From positions 22,335-68,414 of the forward strand of contig MFRX01000009.1 in the NCBI GenBank assembly GCA_001784725.1: DNA of 46,080 bases, written 5' to 3'. Positions 23,598 through 32,312 of this stretch are shown here, in pieces (positions within the stretch are counted from its first letter, which is position 1; each line of letters starts with the position of its first letter). This DNA is from Candidatus Moranbacteria bacterium RIFCSPHIGHO2_02_FULL_40_12b (GTDB lineage Bacteria > Patescibacteriota > Minisyncoccia > Moranbacterales > 2-12-FULL-40-10). The position numbers were made by a program, and so were the translations under genes. A model generated the notes under the pieces. The model saw nothing but the letters and a program-made list of their open reading frames with translations. It ran no database searches and was not told the origin of the DNA.

Positions 23598-24533
23598 ATG
23601 AATAAAAAACTAACCCAAAAATTCGCTCCCGGGCATTCAACTTGCGCCGGATGCGGGATTCCGGCGATCGTGCGGACGGTTTTAGACGCGACCAATGATC
23701 CGGTGGTTGTCGTTAATGGAACGGGATGCCTGGAAGTTACCTCTACGCTCTATCCCTATACTTCCTGGAAAGTTCCGTATATCCATAACGCATTTGAAAA
23801 TGCCGCGGCGACGGCGGCGGGAATTGACGCGGCTCAAAAAGTTCTGGAGAAAAAAGGGAGAGGGGGTAAGAAGGCGAAGATTATCGCGTTTGCCGGCGAC
23901 GGCGGAACATATGATATCGGACTGCAGTCGCTTTCAGGAGCGTTGGAGCGCGGCCACAATTTTCTTTATGTCTGCTACGACAACCAGGGATATATGAACA
24001 CCGGCGGGCAAAGATCCAGCGCTTCACCCTACGGCGCCAGCACCGAGACAACTCCTTCAAGCGGAAAAGATATCGGAAACGAGCTTTATCGGAAGGACCT
24101 TATGCAAATTGTGGAAGCGCATCATATCAAATACCTGGCGCAGGCCAATGTGGCGTATATTGAGGACTTAAAAATGAAAGCCAAAAAGGGACTGGAGACC
24201 GAAGGGCCGTCGTTTTTGCTGGTGCTTCAGCCCTGCACCAACCTCTGGAAATACCCGACTTCACTCTATGTCCATTACGGGAAGTCGGCGACGGAAACCA
24301 ATTTCTGGCCGCTCTATGAAATTTCCGCCAAAGGCGGATCCGCCTCGGGCGGAGAAAATGTAAAATATAAAATAAATTATACTCCAAAAGAAAGAAAACC
24401 GATTGAGGAATTCCTGAAAGGGCAGGGAAGATTCAAACATCTATTCAAACCGCATAATAAAAAAGTGATTGAAAAAATGCAGAAAATGGTGGATGAAAAG
24501 TGGGAGGAACTTATAAAAAGAAGCAAGAATTAA
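23598..24533 (+). CDS. porB: 2-oxoacid:ferredoxin oxidoreductase, beta subunit (TPP-binding)
   Basis: 311 aa with CAGCG, the TPP motif GDGGTYDIGLQSL...NQGYMNTGGQ. Confidence 0.9.
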   Translation: MNKKLTQKFAPGHSTCAGCGIPAIVRTVLDATNDPVVVVNGTGCLEVTSTLYPYTSWKVPYIHNAFENAAATAAGIDAAQKVLEKKGRGGKKAKIIAFAGDGGTYDIGLQSLSGALERGHNFLYVCYDNQGYMNTGGQRSSASPYGASTETTPSSGKDIGNELYRKDLMQIVEAHHIKYLAQANVAYIEDLKMKAKKGLETEGPSFLLVLQPCTNLWKYPTSLYVHYGKSATETNFWPLYEISAKGGSASGGENVKYKINYTPKERKPIEEFLKGQGRFKHLFKPHNKKVIEKMQKMVDEKWEELIKRSKN

Positions 24534-24551
24534 GAAGTATGAATTAAGCGG

Positions 24552-24624
24552 AGCCACCTGTCGGATTTGAACCGACGACCTATGCGTTACGAATGCATTG
24601 CTCTACCAACTGAGCTAAGGTGGC
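24552..24624 (-). tRNA. tRNA-Thr (anticodon CGU)
   Basis: 73-nt cloverleaf read by hand. Acceptor GCCACCT/AGGTGGC, D arm GCTC-AGTTGGTA-GAGC, anticodon loop TTCGTAA, T arm GTCGG-TTCAAAT-CCGAC. There is one A-C mismatch at the bottom of the anticodon stem, and no encoded CCA. Confidence 0.85.
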
Positions 24625-24685
24625 AATAGTAGTAATATAAAATATAAAAAACAATTTAGCAATATAACAATTTAACAATAAAGCA

Positions 24686-25204
24686 ATGAATAATTTTATC
24701 TGCCAAATTTGCGGGGACGCGTATCTGGGCGAGGAAAAACCGAAGAACTGCCCGTTTTGCGGGGCGCGGGAGCATTTTATCAAAGTTGGGAAAGAAGCGG
24801 ATCCGATCGTAAATCAGAAAATAGAGATTAGTGAAATTTCCGGCAGAAATTTGGAGGAAACATTGGCGCTGGAACTAAGGGCTAATCTAATTTATCTCTG
24901 TATGGCTAGCGTAGCGCATAGATATGAGCTGAAGGCGATGTATAAAAGATTGGCTAAAGTAGAAATGGAACACGCGGTGATTGTCACTAAATTATTAAAT
25001 ATTGCCTTGCCGAAAGTGGAAGAACAAACCTGCAGTCAGGATGATATAGAAAATTTCAAAAAAACAATAGAACTGGAAGAACACGCTGCAGGATTATATT
25101 CCAAATTTGCCAAAGAGTCAGAAGAACAGAATATTAAAATATTTTTTACCGCGCTTAATCAGGCGGAGCAAGATCATATAGAGCTTATAAAAAACTATTT
25201 GTAG
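24686..25204 (+). CDS. Rubrerythrin-family protein (N-terminal rubredoxin-like CxxC pair plus ferritin-like four-helix bundle)
   Basis: CQICG...CPFCG at the N-terminus. E/H-containing helices are ELRANLIY, EMEHA, EEHAAGLY and EQDHIELI. Confidence 0.75.
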   Translation: MNNFICQICGDAYLGEEKPKNCPFCGAREHFIKVGKEADPIVNQKIEISEISGRNLEETLALELRANLIYLCMASVAHRYELKAMYKRLAKVEMEHAVIVTKLLNIALPKVEEQTCSQDDIENFKKTIELEEHAAGLYSKFAKESEEQNIKIFFTALNQAEQDHIELIKNYL

Positions 25205-25335
25205 TTTTTTATAAGAATTTTTAATTTCCAATTTTTAATTTTTAAATAATTTCTAATGTTTAAATGTTTAAAAATTTATAAACTAAGATTTATTTATAAA
25301 ATTACAAAATTAAAAATCATAAAATTTACTTAACT
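25205..25335. repeat. AT-only heptamer palindromic intergenic element
   Basis: aatttttaatttccaatttttaatttttaaataatttctaat ... aaattacaaaattaaaaatcataaaattt. Same style as 15057..15192. Confidence 0.55.
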
Positions 25336-26079
25336 ATGCTTTGGATTTATACGTTAGTGTCAGTCGTTATCGTCAGCTTGATTTCGCTCATCGGCGTTTT
25401 TACTTTGTCTATCAGCCAAGAAAAATTAAAAAAATTTCTAATTTATTTTGTAAGCTTGTCGGCGGGAACGCTTTTGGGCGACGCCTTTATTCATCTCATT
25501 CCGGAGTCGTATAAAAACGGAGCGAACGCGATATTAGCTCCGCTTTCAATTTTGTCGGGCATTCTAGTATTTTTTATTCTGGAAAAATTTCTGCACTGGC
25601 GCCATTGCCATGATGTCGCCTGCGACGATCATCCTCATCCTTTTTCTTATGTCATTTTAATGGGAGATACGCTTCACAATTTTATTGATGGATTGGTTAT
25701 AGCGGCAAGTTACCTTGTTAGCATTCCTGTCGGGTTGGCTACGACTTTAGCGGTGATACTTCATGAAATTCCGCAGGAGGTCGGCGATTTTGGCTCGTTA
25801 ATATATGGCGGATTCACAAGAGCCAAAGCGCTGCTTTTTAATTTTGGAACGGCATTGAGCGCCATTCTGGGCGCTATAATTGTATTGATAATCAATATAG
25901 ATACCACACGAGTTACTAATTTTCTGATACCTTTCGCGGCTGGCGGATTCATCTATATCGCTAGTTCCGATCTTATTCCGGAAATCCACAAGCAAACGGA
26001 ATTAAAAAAATCATTCGGGCAGTTAATAATGTTTCTGATTGGCATCGGGCTAATGGCTGCGTTGATTCTTATGGAATAA
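25336..26079 (+). CDS. ZIP-family divalent metal transporter (ZupT-like)
   Basis: 247 aa with about 8 TM segments, HNFIDGL and HEIPQEVGDF signatures, and a His-rich loop HWRHCHDVACDDHPHP. Confidence 0.88.
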   Translation: MLWIYTLVSVVIVSLISLIGVFTLSISQEKLKKFLIYFVSLSAGTLLGDAFIHLIPESYKNGANAILAPLSILSGILVFFILEKFLHWRHCHDVACDDHPHPFSYVILMGDTLHNFIDGLVIAASYLVSIPVGLATTLAVILHEIPQEVGDFGSLIYGGFTRAKALLFNFGTALSAILGAIIVLIINIDTTRVTNFLIPFAAGGFIYIASSDLIPEIHKQTELKKSFGQLIMFLIGIGLMAALILME

Positions 26080-26138
26080 TTAAAATATTTAATAATTAAA
26101 AGGCTGTTGCGATTTGTCGCAACAGCCTTTCCGCGCCT

Positions 26139-27197
26139 TCATTTCACCCAGTCCAGATCGGGGTCGGCAAAATCAATATTTTTTTCTCGGATGTGCGGGA
26201 TTATCTCCGTTATTCCAAAGTTCTTAATATCTTCAATTCTCGGCTTCTTCCCGTGGAGATAAATATTTTTTGCCATTTGATTAATCTCCGTATCAGTCAT
26301 TAATGCTAACAAAATAGACGGGTCGCATTCCCTGAAAGAGTGGTCGCGCTGCAAGAATTCAAAAACCCTTTCTAAAATCATCTTTTGGATTCTCCAGTCA
26401 AGTTGGCTATAATAATTTTCATACATCCAGTCGCGAATCTTCCCAAATTTTTCTGCCGCTTCGCTTTCAGAAAAGGAAATAATTCCTTTTTCCGAACTCT
26501 CTCTAACCAAAGTGAAAATGCAATGCAGAATTCTTTCCCTTTGGTTTTTTCCAAGATAATTTACTTCACGCGGAAGCGCAGCTTCTTCTATATGCCCATA
26601 TCTCAGACCATCATTGATATCTGAAAATGTATAAGCGATTTTGTCGGAAAACATTGCGACCGCATATTCAAGAGGGGATTCCGGATTTATTAATAAAGCT
26701 TTCCCGCCCCGCGAATGATTTAGCACTCCCTCTAACACTTCAAAATTTAAATTTAGTCCTTCTCCCTTTCTTTCAATATGCTGGGCTATTACTATCCCAA
26801 AAACTTCATGACTGAATTTTTTTCCGCTCACTTTAGAAATAAATTCTTCGCCGAGATGGCCAAAGGGCGTGTGGCCGATGTCATGGGCTTCCGCTATTGC
26901 TTCGCAAAGAGGAATATTTAATCCCGTAATGTCAGCGATTTTTGTGGCGATGGAAACCACCTCCATTGTATGGCGCGAGCGGGTTCTTATATGAGGATTG
27001 CGGGGATCGCAGAGAACTTGGGTTTTCTCATTTAGGCGGCGCCTGGCTTTACTATTAAGGACTTTGTCTCTGGAAAGAATGAATGGATCAACGCAGTTAA
27101 AATAAGGGCTGTCCTCATCCTTGCCGTCATTTCTTCTTCCCTGGCTATTTTCCGGATTAAACGCTTTGTCTCTTAAGCAGTTCTTGAATTTTTTCAT
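26139..27197 (-). CDS. HD-domain phosphohydrolase, dGTP triphosphohydrolase-like
   Basis: 352 aa with RTRSRHTMEVVSIA, AHDIGHTPFGHLGE and FSDKIAYTFSDINDG, typical of the dGTPase/Dgt family. RBS GGAGGG. Confidence 0.8.
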   Translation of the reverse strand: MKKFKNCLRDKAFNPENSQGRRNDGKDEDSPYFNCVDPFILSRDKVLNSKARRRLNEKTQVLCDPRNPHIRTRSRHTMEVVSIATKIADITGLNIPLCEAIAEAHDIGHTPFGHLGEEFISKVSGKKFSHEVFGIVIAQHIERKGEGLNLNFEVLEGVLNHSRGGKALLINPESPLEYAVAMFSDKIAYTFSDINDGLRYGHIEEAALPREVNYLGKNQRERILHCIFTLVRESSEKGIISFSESEAAEKFGKIRDWMYENYYSQLDWRIQKMILERVFEFLQRDHSFRECDPSILLALMTDTEINQMAKNIYLHGKKPRIEDIKNFGITEIIPHIREKNIDFADPDLDWVK

Positions 27198-27312
27198 ACC
27201 GCCCTCCTTGTTTATTTTTCAAAAATTTAAGGTACAAAATCTAGTGATTTATATTATCAGTAAAAAGAAAATCAGTCAATTTTTTCATCGCTTTATTTTT
27301 TATATTTTATTA

Positions 27313-27321
27313 TGGTATAAT
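27313..27321 (+). promoter_or_regulatory. Extended -10 element TGGTATAAT, 8 nt before the prfB ATG (leaderless or near-leaderless transcript)
   Basis: Exact TGnTATAAT. No SD sequence between it and the ATG at 27330. Confidence 0.45.
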
Positions 27322-27329
27322 GTAATCCC

Positions 27330-28422
27330 ATGAAAGAACTCCAAGAAAAATTAGATATTTTAAAAGCTAAAATCCCGCAATTGCGGGACTGGCTTTGATG
27401 TTGCCGGTAAAAAGCGGACTATTGCGGACTTGGAACGGACTACCGCGGAGAAAGAGTTTTGGAGCGACAATCAGAAAGCAAGCGAAACAATGAAAGAGTT
27501 GGAATTATTGCGAATAGAAGTCGGGGAAATTGAAAATACTGAAAAAAGAATTGAAGAAATTTCGGGCCTCGCGGAAATCGCGGAAAACGAAAAAGACGCG
27601 GCGGAAATTGAAAAGGAAATCGGGAAAATCGGGGAGATGATGGACAAACTGGAATTCAAAACGCTTTTTAACGGCCCTTATGACAAAAACGACGCCATCC
27701 TTTCTATCCATAGTGGCGCTGGAGGCGTGGACGCGCAGGACTGGGCGGAAATGCTGCTGCGGATGTATCTGCGCTGGGCGGAAAAAAATAATTTCAAAGT
27801 CCGCCTCATTGACGAATCGCGCGGGGGAGAAGCGGGAATAAAAAGCGCGACTTTCGAAGTGGAAGGGCCGTACGGGTACGGACATCTTCAGTCAGAAGCC
27901 GGAGTGCATCGCCTGGTCCGGCTTTCGCCGTTCAACGCGGATAATCTCCGCCAGACATCTTTCGCGTTGGTCGAAGTCCTTCCGATAATATCCGAAATGG
28001 AAGAAGTGAAAATAAAACCGGATGATCTCCGGATTGATACTTTCCGCTCGGGGGGAGCTGGCGGCCAAAGCGTCAATAAAACCGAAAGCGCCGTCCGCAT
28101 AACTCATATACCGACCGGCCTGGTGGCGGCTTGCCAGAATGAAAGGTCGCAAGCGCAAAATAAGGAACAGGCGATGAAGGTTTTGAAAGCCAAACTGCAT
28201 CAGAAATTTCTGGAGGAAAAGGAAAAGGAAAAAATGAAACTGCGCGGTGAATACAAGAGCGCCGAGTGGGGAAATCAGATCCGGTCTTATGTTTTACATC
28301 CGTATAAAATGGTAAAAGACCACCGGACGAAATATGAAACTTCAGACGCGGAAAAGGTGCTGGACGGGGAAATAAGCGAATTTATTGAGGAATATTTGAA
28401 GTTTGCGGCAGGAAAGAAATAA
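27330..28422 (+). CDS. prfB: Peptide chain release factor 2, requires a programmed +1 frameshift at 27393..27399
   Basis: Frame 0 reads MKELQEKLDILKAKIPQLRDWL, then CTT TGA T. Shifting +1 gives DVAGKKRTIADLERTTAEKEFW and joins the 330-aa ORF, which carries the SPF and GGQ motifs. Confidence 0.93.
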
Positions 28423-28433
28423 TGGTAAAATAA

Positions 28434-28534
28434 CTTTACTAATTACGAATCAATTACTAATATACTAATTTTTTAAAATTTATTCATATATAATTCGTTA
28501 ATAATTCGGATATAATTAGAATAGCAATTCGAAT
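28434..28534. repeat. Heptamer-based palindromic element (ACTAATT/ACGAAT class), upstream of ftsE
   Basis: ctttactaattacgaatcaattactaatatactaatt ... taattcgttaataattcggatataattagaatagcaattcgaat. Confidence 0.7.
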
Positions 28535-28536
28535 CC

Positions 28537-29217
28537 ATGATTAAATTCGAAAATGTCACCAAAATATTTCCGGGCGACTTTATCGCTTTGGAAGACATTG
28601 ACCTCTTTATTGACAAAGGAGAATTTATTTCCATTGTCGGGCAGAGCGGCGCCGGAAAGTCAACTTTATTGAAACTTATATACGCGGAAGAACAGCCGAC
28701 AACCGGAAAGGTTTATTTTGAGGAAAGGCCTTTGGACGGAATTAAAAGGCGGCATCTGCCGTATTATCGCCGTAACATTGGAACGGTATTTCAGGATTTC
28801 AAGCTTTTGCCGCAGAGGACTATTTTTGAAAATGTGGCATACGCCTTGGAAGTGGCGGGGGAAACGAACGCGGAAATCAGCGAAAAAGTTCCGAAAATTT
28901 TGGATATCGTGGGATTGGGCGACAAGATGGAGAAATTTCCCAAGCAGCTTTCAGGCGGGGAGCAGCAAAGGGTCTCCTTGGCGCGCGCCCTTATTCACCG
29001 GCCGAAAGTCATTATCGCCGACGAACCAACGGGAAATCTGGATCCGATTTCCACCTGGGAGCTTATTAAGCTTTTGCTTAAAATTAATGATTTTGGAACA
29101 ACGATTCTTCTGGCCACGCATAATAAGAATATCGTGGATCGGATAGGAAAAAGAGTTGTCGCGCTTGATAAAGGAAAAGTGATAAGGGATCATAAGAAAG
29201 GCAAATATGTGATATAG
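28537..29217 (+). CDS. ftsE: Cell-division ABC transporter ATP-binding protein FtsE
   Basis: 226 aa with GQSGAGKST, LSGGEQQRV and IIADEPTGNLD. Followed by ftsX. Confidence 0.9.
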   Translation: MIKFENVTKIFPGDFIALEDIDLFIDKGEFISIVGQSGAGKSTLLKLIYAEEQPTTGKVYFEERPLDGIKRRHLPYYRRNIGTVFQDFKLLPQRTIFENVAYALEVAGETNAEISEKVPKILDIVGLGDKMEKFPKQLSGGEQQRVSLARALIHRPKVIIADEPTGNLDPISTWELIKLLLKINDFGTTILLATHNKNIVDRIGKRVVALDKGKVIRDHKKGKYVI

Positions 29218-29316
29218 CTTTACGAATTACGAATCAATACTAATATACGAATCTTTTTGGTTTGATTAAAGACATAGGCATCATTAGTATATTCATATAA
29301 AATTCGTAATTAGTAA
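29218..29316. repeat. Heptamer-based palindromic element (TACGAAT class), upstream of ftsX
   Basis: ctttacgaattacgaatcaatactaatatacgaatc ... cattagtatattcatataaaattcgtaattagtaaa. Confidence 0.8.
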
Positions 29317-29326
29317 AAAATTTATT

Positions 29327-30250
29327 ATGAAATTATTAAAACTTTGGCGGACATTTAAAGAAGGTTTCAAAAATTTTTACCGCAATGGCTGGCTTAGCGT
29401 TGCGACAGCCGTTATTTTAACGCTGTCTCTTTATATTGTCGGCATATTCGCGATTGTCGGCGTTGCTTCCAATGTTCTTCTGAAAAATATCCAAGGCGTG
29501 GCTAATATTAGCGTTTATTTTAATCCTGAAGTGAGCGAGGCGAAAATTATGGAAATCAAAAGTAATCTGGAAAGTTTCCGGGAAATTAATTCCGCGGAGT
29601 ATGTTTCAAAAGAACAAGCGATGCAGGAGCTGCTGTCTATGGAAGATATTCAGGACGCCATCAGCAGAGCGGTCGAGGAAGTTGGCAATGACGCTTTGCC
29701 CGCGTCGCTGATAATCACCGCGAAGCAATCCGACCAATATGAAATTATTTCTCAGGCGATACGCGGCAGTTATGGCGGTGAAATAGAAAAAATTGAAGAC
29801 AATAAAAAGATTATTGATGAAATAAACGGAATAACAAAGCTTTCAGAAAGAGCCGGCTTGATTTTGGGAATTATTTTTCTGCTCATCGCGGTGCTCATTA
29901 CATTCAATACCATAAGAATAACTATGTATTCCCACCGGCAGGAATTTGAGATTATGCGGCTGGTGGGCGCTTCAAACTTGTATGTTCGGATGCCTTTCGT
30001 GTTTGAAGGAATTTTTTACGGGCTTTTCACCGCGATAACCGCCACTCTTTTTCTGTTCGCCACGGTAAAATTTGTTTTTCCGGTTCTGATCCGGGAGTCG
30101 GCCTCGCAAAGCGCCAAAGTTTTTTTTGAACAGGTTAATTCGTTTTATTTCCAGTATGTCTGGCTCGTGTTCGGGATTCTTCTACTTTTTGGAATGATTA
30201 TGGGCGTTATCAGCGGGTTTATCGCGATCAGAAGATACCTGAAAGTGTAA
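29327..30250 (+). CDS. ftsX: Cell-division permease-like protein FtsX
   Basis: 307 aa with an N-terminal TM segment, a periplasmic domain and three C-terminal TM segments (FEIMRLVGAS motif). Confidence 0.88.
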   Translation: MKLLKLWRTFKEGFKNFYRNGWLSVATAVILTLSLYIVGIFAIVGVASNVLLKNIQGVANISVYFNPEVSEAKIMEIKSNLESFREINSAEYVSKEQAMQELLSMEDIQDAISRAVEEVGNDALPASLIITAKQSDQYEIISQAIRGSYGGEIEKIEDNKKIIDEINGITKLSERAGLILGIIFLLIAVLITFNTIRITMYSHRQEFEIMRLVGASNLYVRMPFVFEGIFYGLFTAITATLFLFATVKFVFPVLIRESASQSAKVFFEQVNSFYFQYVWLVFGILLLFGMIMGVISGFIAIRRYLKV

Positions 30251-30271
30251 GAGAAGAGAAACGAAAAAAAT

Positions 30272-30298
30272 AAAAAAAAGGATGAATATCCTTTTTTT
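30272..30298. terminator. Bidirectional A/T-flanked hairpin between ftsX and tRNA-Gln
   Basis: aaaaaaaaggat gaat atccttttttt. Confidence 0.6.
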
Positions 30299-30299
30299 G

Positions 30300-30371
30300 T
30301 TGGAGCGGTAGGATTCGAACCCACGCATGACGGGACCAGAACCCGTTGCCTTACCGCTTGGCTACGCTCCA
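30300..30371 (-). tRNA. tRNA-Gln (anticodon CUG)
   Basis: 72-nt cloverleaf. Acceptor TGGAGCG/CGCTCCA, D arm GCC-AAGCGGTAA-GGC, anticodon stem ACGGG/CCCGT with loop TTCTGGT, T arm GTGGG-TTCGAAT-CCTAC. The 5' half resembles classical bacterial tRNA-Gln. Confidence 0.85.
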
Positions 30372-30391
30372 GCGGCGCTAAAATAATTTAC

Positions 30392-30406
30392 TTGTCTAGT
30401 ATAATT
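30392..30406 (+). repeat. 15-nt exact direct repeat TTGTCTAGTATAATT (copy 1)
   Basis: Identical to 32277..32291. Confidence 0.85.
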
Positions 30407-30545
30407 TGAATTTCCAAAAAAATCAATATAATGCTCTATTAATATGGTTTTTACCCTGTAGCGTCCGCCTTTTACGGACTGTTATCCGGGCGGATCCCCC
30501 TCTAACTGTGATTATTTAATACTTATTTAAGCCCTATTTTGACTA

Positions 30546-30574
30546 TTGACTTTTTTTATATTTTGCGCTACAAT
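30546..30574 (+). promoter_or_regulatory. Near-consensus sigma70 promoter
   Basis: TTGACT (30546..30551), a 17-nt spacer, then TACAAT (30569..30574). Predicts a leader of about 150 nt before the ATG at 30734. Confidence 0.65.
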
Positions 30575-30733
30575 GCAATATTGGTTCATTGAGAACTTAA
30601 TATTATTGCGAAAGGAGGTGAAAGGACTTTTTACTTATCCAGTTGTCTTTGGCAATTGGAAAACGGATTGAAATCTAAATCAATTCGTCTGTCTGAAAAA
30701 TCTGTCTGTTTAATCTGTCTGGAAGGAGTAAAA

Positions 30734-32089
30734 ATGGAAAAGAAAGTTTTAGAAGGAGAGTTAATTACAATCCCTAAGTATAGAGGGACTGTCGTATCGT
30801 CTCACAAGGGCTTCAGTTATATAGGCGGAGTGAGGCGCGGATCCGAAACCATTAATACAAATGGCGATGTTTTTGTCCCGCAAGAGCTTCTGCCGGGTGA
30901 AGTGGTAGAATTTGATTCTATGGAGTTGGACGAAAAAAGAACAAAACCGGGAGAAAAAAAATTCCGAACTGAATTAGCAGTAGTTGTAAGTTCGGAGTAT
31001 GTTCCCAGTGTTATTGGTTCGTCGCCGGCGGATATAGTGCTTTACGCAAGCAGGCAGCGCAGCGCCTACCATTATAACGCAAAGGAAATTGATCCGGAAA
31101 AAGTCAGGAAGGCGGCGGAAAACGAGCCCTTCAGTGAAATGATGGGTTTGGCCCGTGAGCGCGCGGAAGAAAAAATAAAAGAAATGGATATTGTCACAAT
31201 TGCCGAAAACTTTCTGAAAAATACCTTTGCTTCTTTCTCAACCATGAATGTCAGTTATTCCATTAAAGGCGATGTCAAGGCCTATGATGAAAAAGAGTCA
31301 ATTAAAGCGATCGCGGAAGAATATGAAAAAGCGGGACTCAATGCCCAAAAAACCTCAATAATGCAGGAGTATGAGTACTTCTCCGGGGTCAGAGATGTTT
31401 TTACTCTGATGAAAAATGAGGAATTACTCCATATGGACGCAGTTATTCCTATCCGCCATCTTCCCGATCTACTGGTGATGGCTCCGGTTTGGTATGTGGA
31501 TAAAAAGAATCTAATTAGTTCGAGTCTATTTATACAATATTTCTGTGATGAGGTTGGTACGAAGGAATTTGCTAACCTGTTCCAGCTATACAATCGAAAT
31601 TGTCGCCTAACCGAAAATTTTGACAGCCGGCGGGATATAATTCCTGTCCCGATAATGAAGATTCTTGAAAAGGCGAGGGAGATTTTTGACTTTACGGTCA
31701 TTGCAACTCCTTATCATGATCTGGCTTCCGAAGAGTGGAAGACGACATGGACAAGGAATATTGATCCTTTCCTTTTCGGATTCGTGAGAGGACTGCCTTA
31801 TATGTTTCTTCTCGGACGGTGGAGCGGGACAGGCCTGTTTCCTTTAATGTGCGAGATGGTGGCCGACACCATTGAACACTTAAGACAAAACTATGGAGCG
31901 TTGAAGAATATTGCACCAAATAATGAAAACAGAATATGGTTTTATAGAAGTGGTGACAAATGGAGCGATGTTAAAGGAAAAGAGCTTTCAGAATTTGCCC
32001 AAGATGTAATCAAGGCATTTGAAGAGGACAGATTATTTGCCTTTCTTCGCGGCGAGACCGCCAATACAGGCGCGGTAGTGGCGAAGTAG
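30734..32089 (+). CDS. Hypothetical protein with an N-terminal cold-shock/OB-like domain; remainder unknown
   Basis: 451 aa from the ATG with RBS GGAAGGAG. The ORF-track start at 30656 is a TTG with no RBS. The N-terminus GTVVSSHKGFSYIGG...GDVFVPQELL..GEVVEFD resembles a CSD/S1-like fold. Confidence 0.6.
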   Translation: MEKKVLEGELITIPKYRGTVVSSHKGFSYIGGVRRGSETINTNGDVFVPQELLPGEVVEFDSMELDEKRTKPGEKKFRTELAVVVSSEYVPSVIGSSPADIVLYASRQRSAYHYNAKEIDPEKVRKAAENEPFSEMMGLARERAEEKIKEMDIVTIAENFLKNTFASFSTMNVSYSIKGDVKAYDEKESIKAIAEEYEKAGLNAQKTSIMQEYEYFSGVRDVFTLMKNEELLHMDAVIPIRHLPDLLVMAPVWYVDKKNLISSSLFIQYFCDEVGTKEFANLFQLYNRNCRLTENFDSRRDIIPVPIMKILEKAREIFDFTVIATPYHDLASEEWKTTWTRNIDPFLFGFVRGLPYMFLLGRWSGTGLFPLMCEMVADTIEHLRQNYGALKNIAPNNENRIWFYRSGDKWSDVKGKELSEFAQDVIKAFEEDRLFAFLRGETANTGAVVAK

Positions 32090-32112
32090 AGTAGAATTAG
32101 CAATTAGATGCG

Positions 32113-32163
32113 AGCCCCGCGCGATTTTCGTAGATTCTTTACGAAATCGCATGGGGCTTTTTT
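32113..32163 (+). terminator. Intrinsic terminator
   Basis: Long imperfect stem agccccgcgcgattttcgta / tacgaaatcgcatggggct, followed by TTTTTT. Confidence 0.8.
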
Positions 32164-32233
32164 ATTTTTTCAATGAAATTTTCATTTGTTTTAATCAAAA
32201 GAATTCCTCTTTTTCAAAATCCCGCAACACATT

Positions 32234-32277
32234 AAAAAACTATTCTCAAATTCTTAAGAATTTGAGAATAGTTTTTT
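32234..32277. repeat. 44-nt perfect palindrome (copy 1)
   Basis: aaaaaactattctcaaattctt|aagaatttgagaatagtttttt. Its 40-nt core is repeated at 32633..32672. Confidence 0.9.
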
Positions 32278-32291
32278 TGTCTAGTATAATT
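32277..32291 (+). repeat. 15-nt exact direct repeat TTGTCTAGTATAATT (copy 2)
   Basis: Identical to 30392..30406. Followed by three phased GTATAAT boxes, the last being TGGTATAAT at 32299..32307. Confidence 0.85.
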
Positions 32292-32312
32292 GTATAATTG
32301 GTATAATGCGGT

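Noticed and set aside
23695-23997. 100-aa Arg-rich ORF inside porB, and similar alternative-frame or antisense ORFs in the track (for example 28718..29146 inside ftsE, 22608..22988, 20520..20891, 14564..14995, 39038..39703, and the minus-strand ORFs at 43399..45947)
   Set aside because: All lie within well-supported genes in other frames or strands, lack an RBS, and have low-complexity or composition-driven translations (shadow ORFs).
30656-30733. TTG start at 30656 for the 477-aa ORF
   Set aside because: It has no RBS, and the extension is encoded by the TCTGTCTG repeats. The ATG at 30734 has a strong GGAAGGAG RBS at correct spacing.
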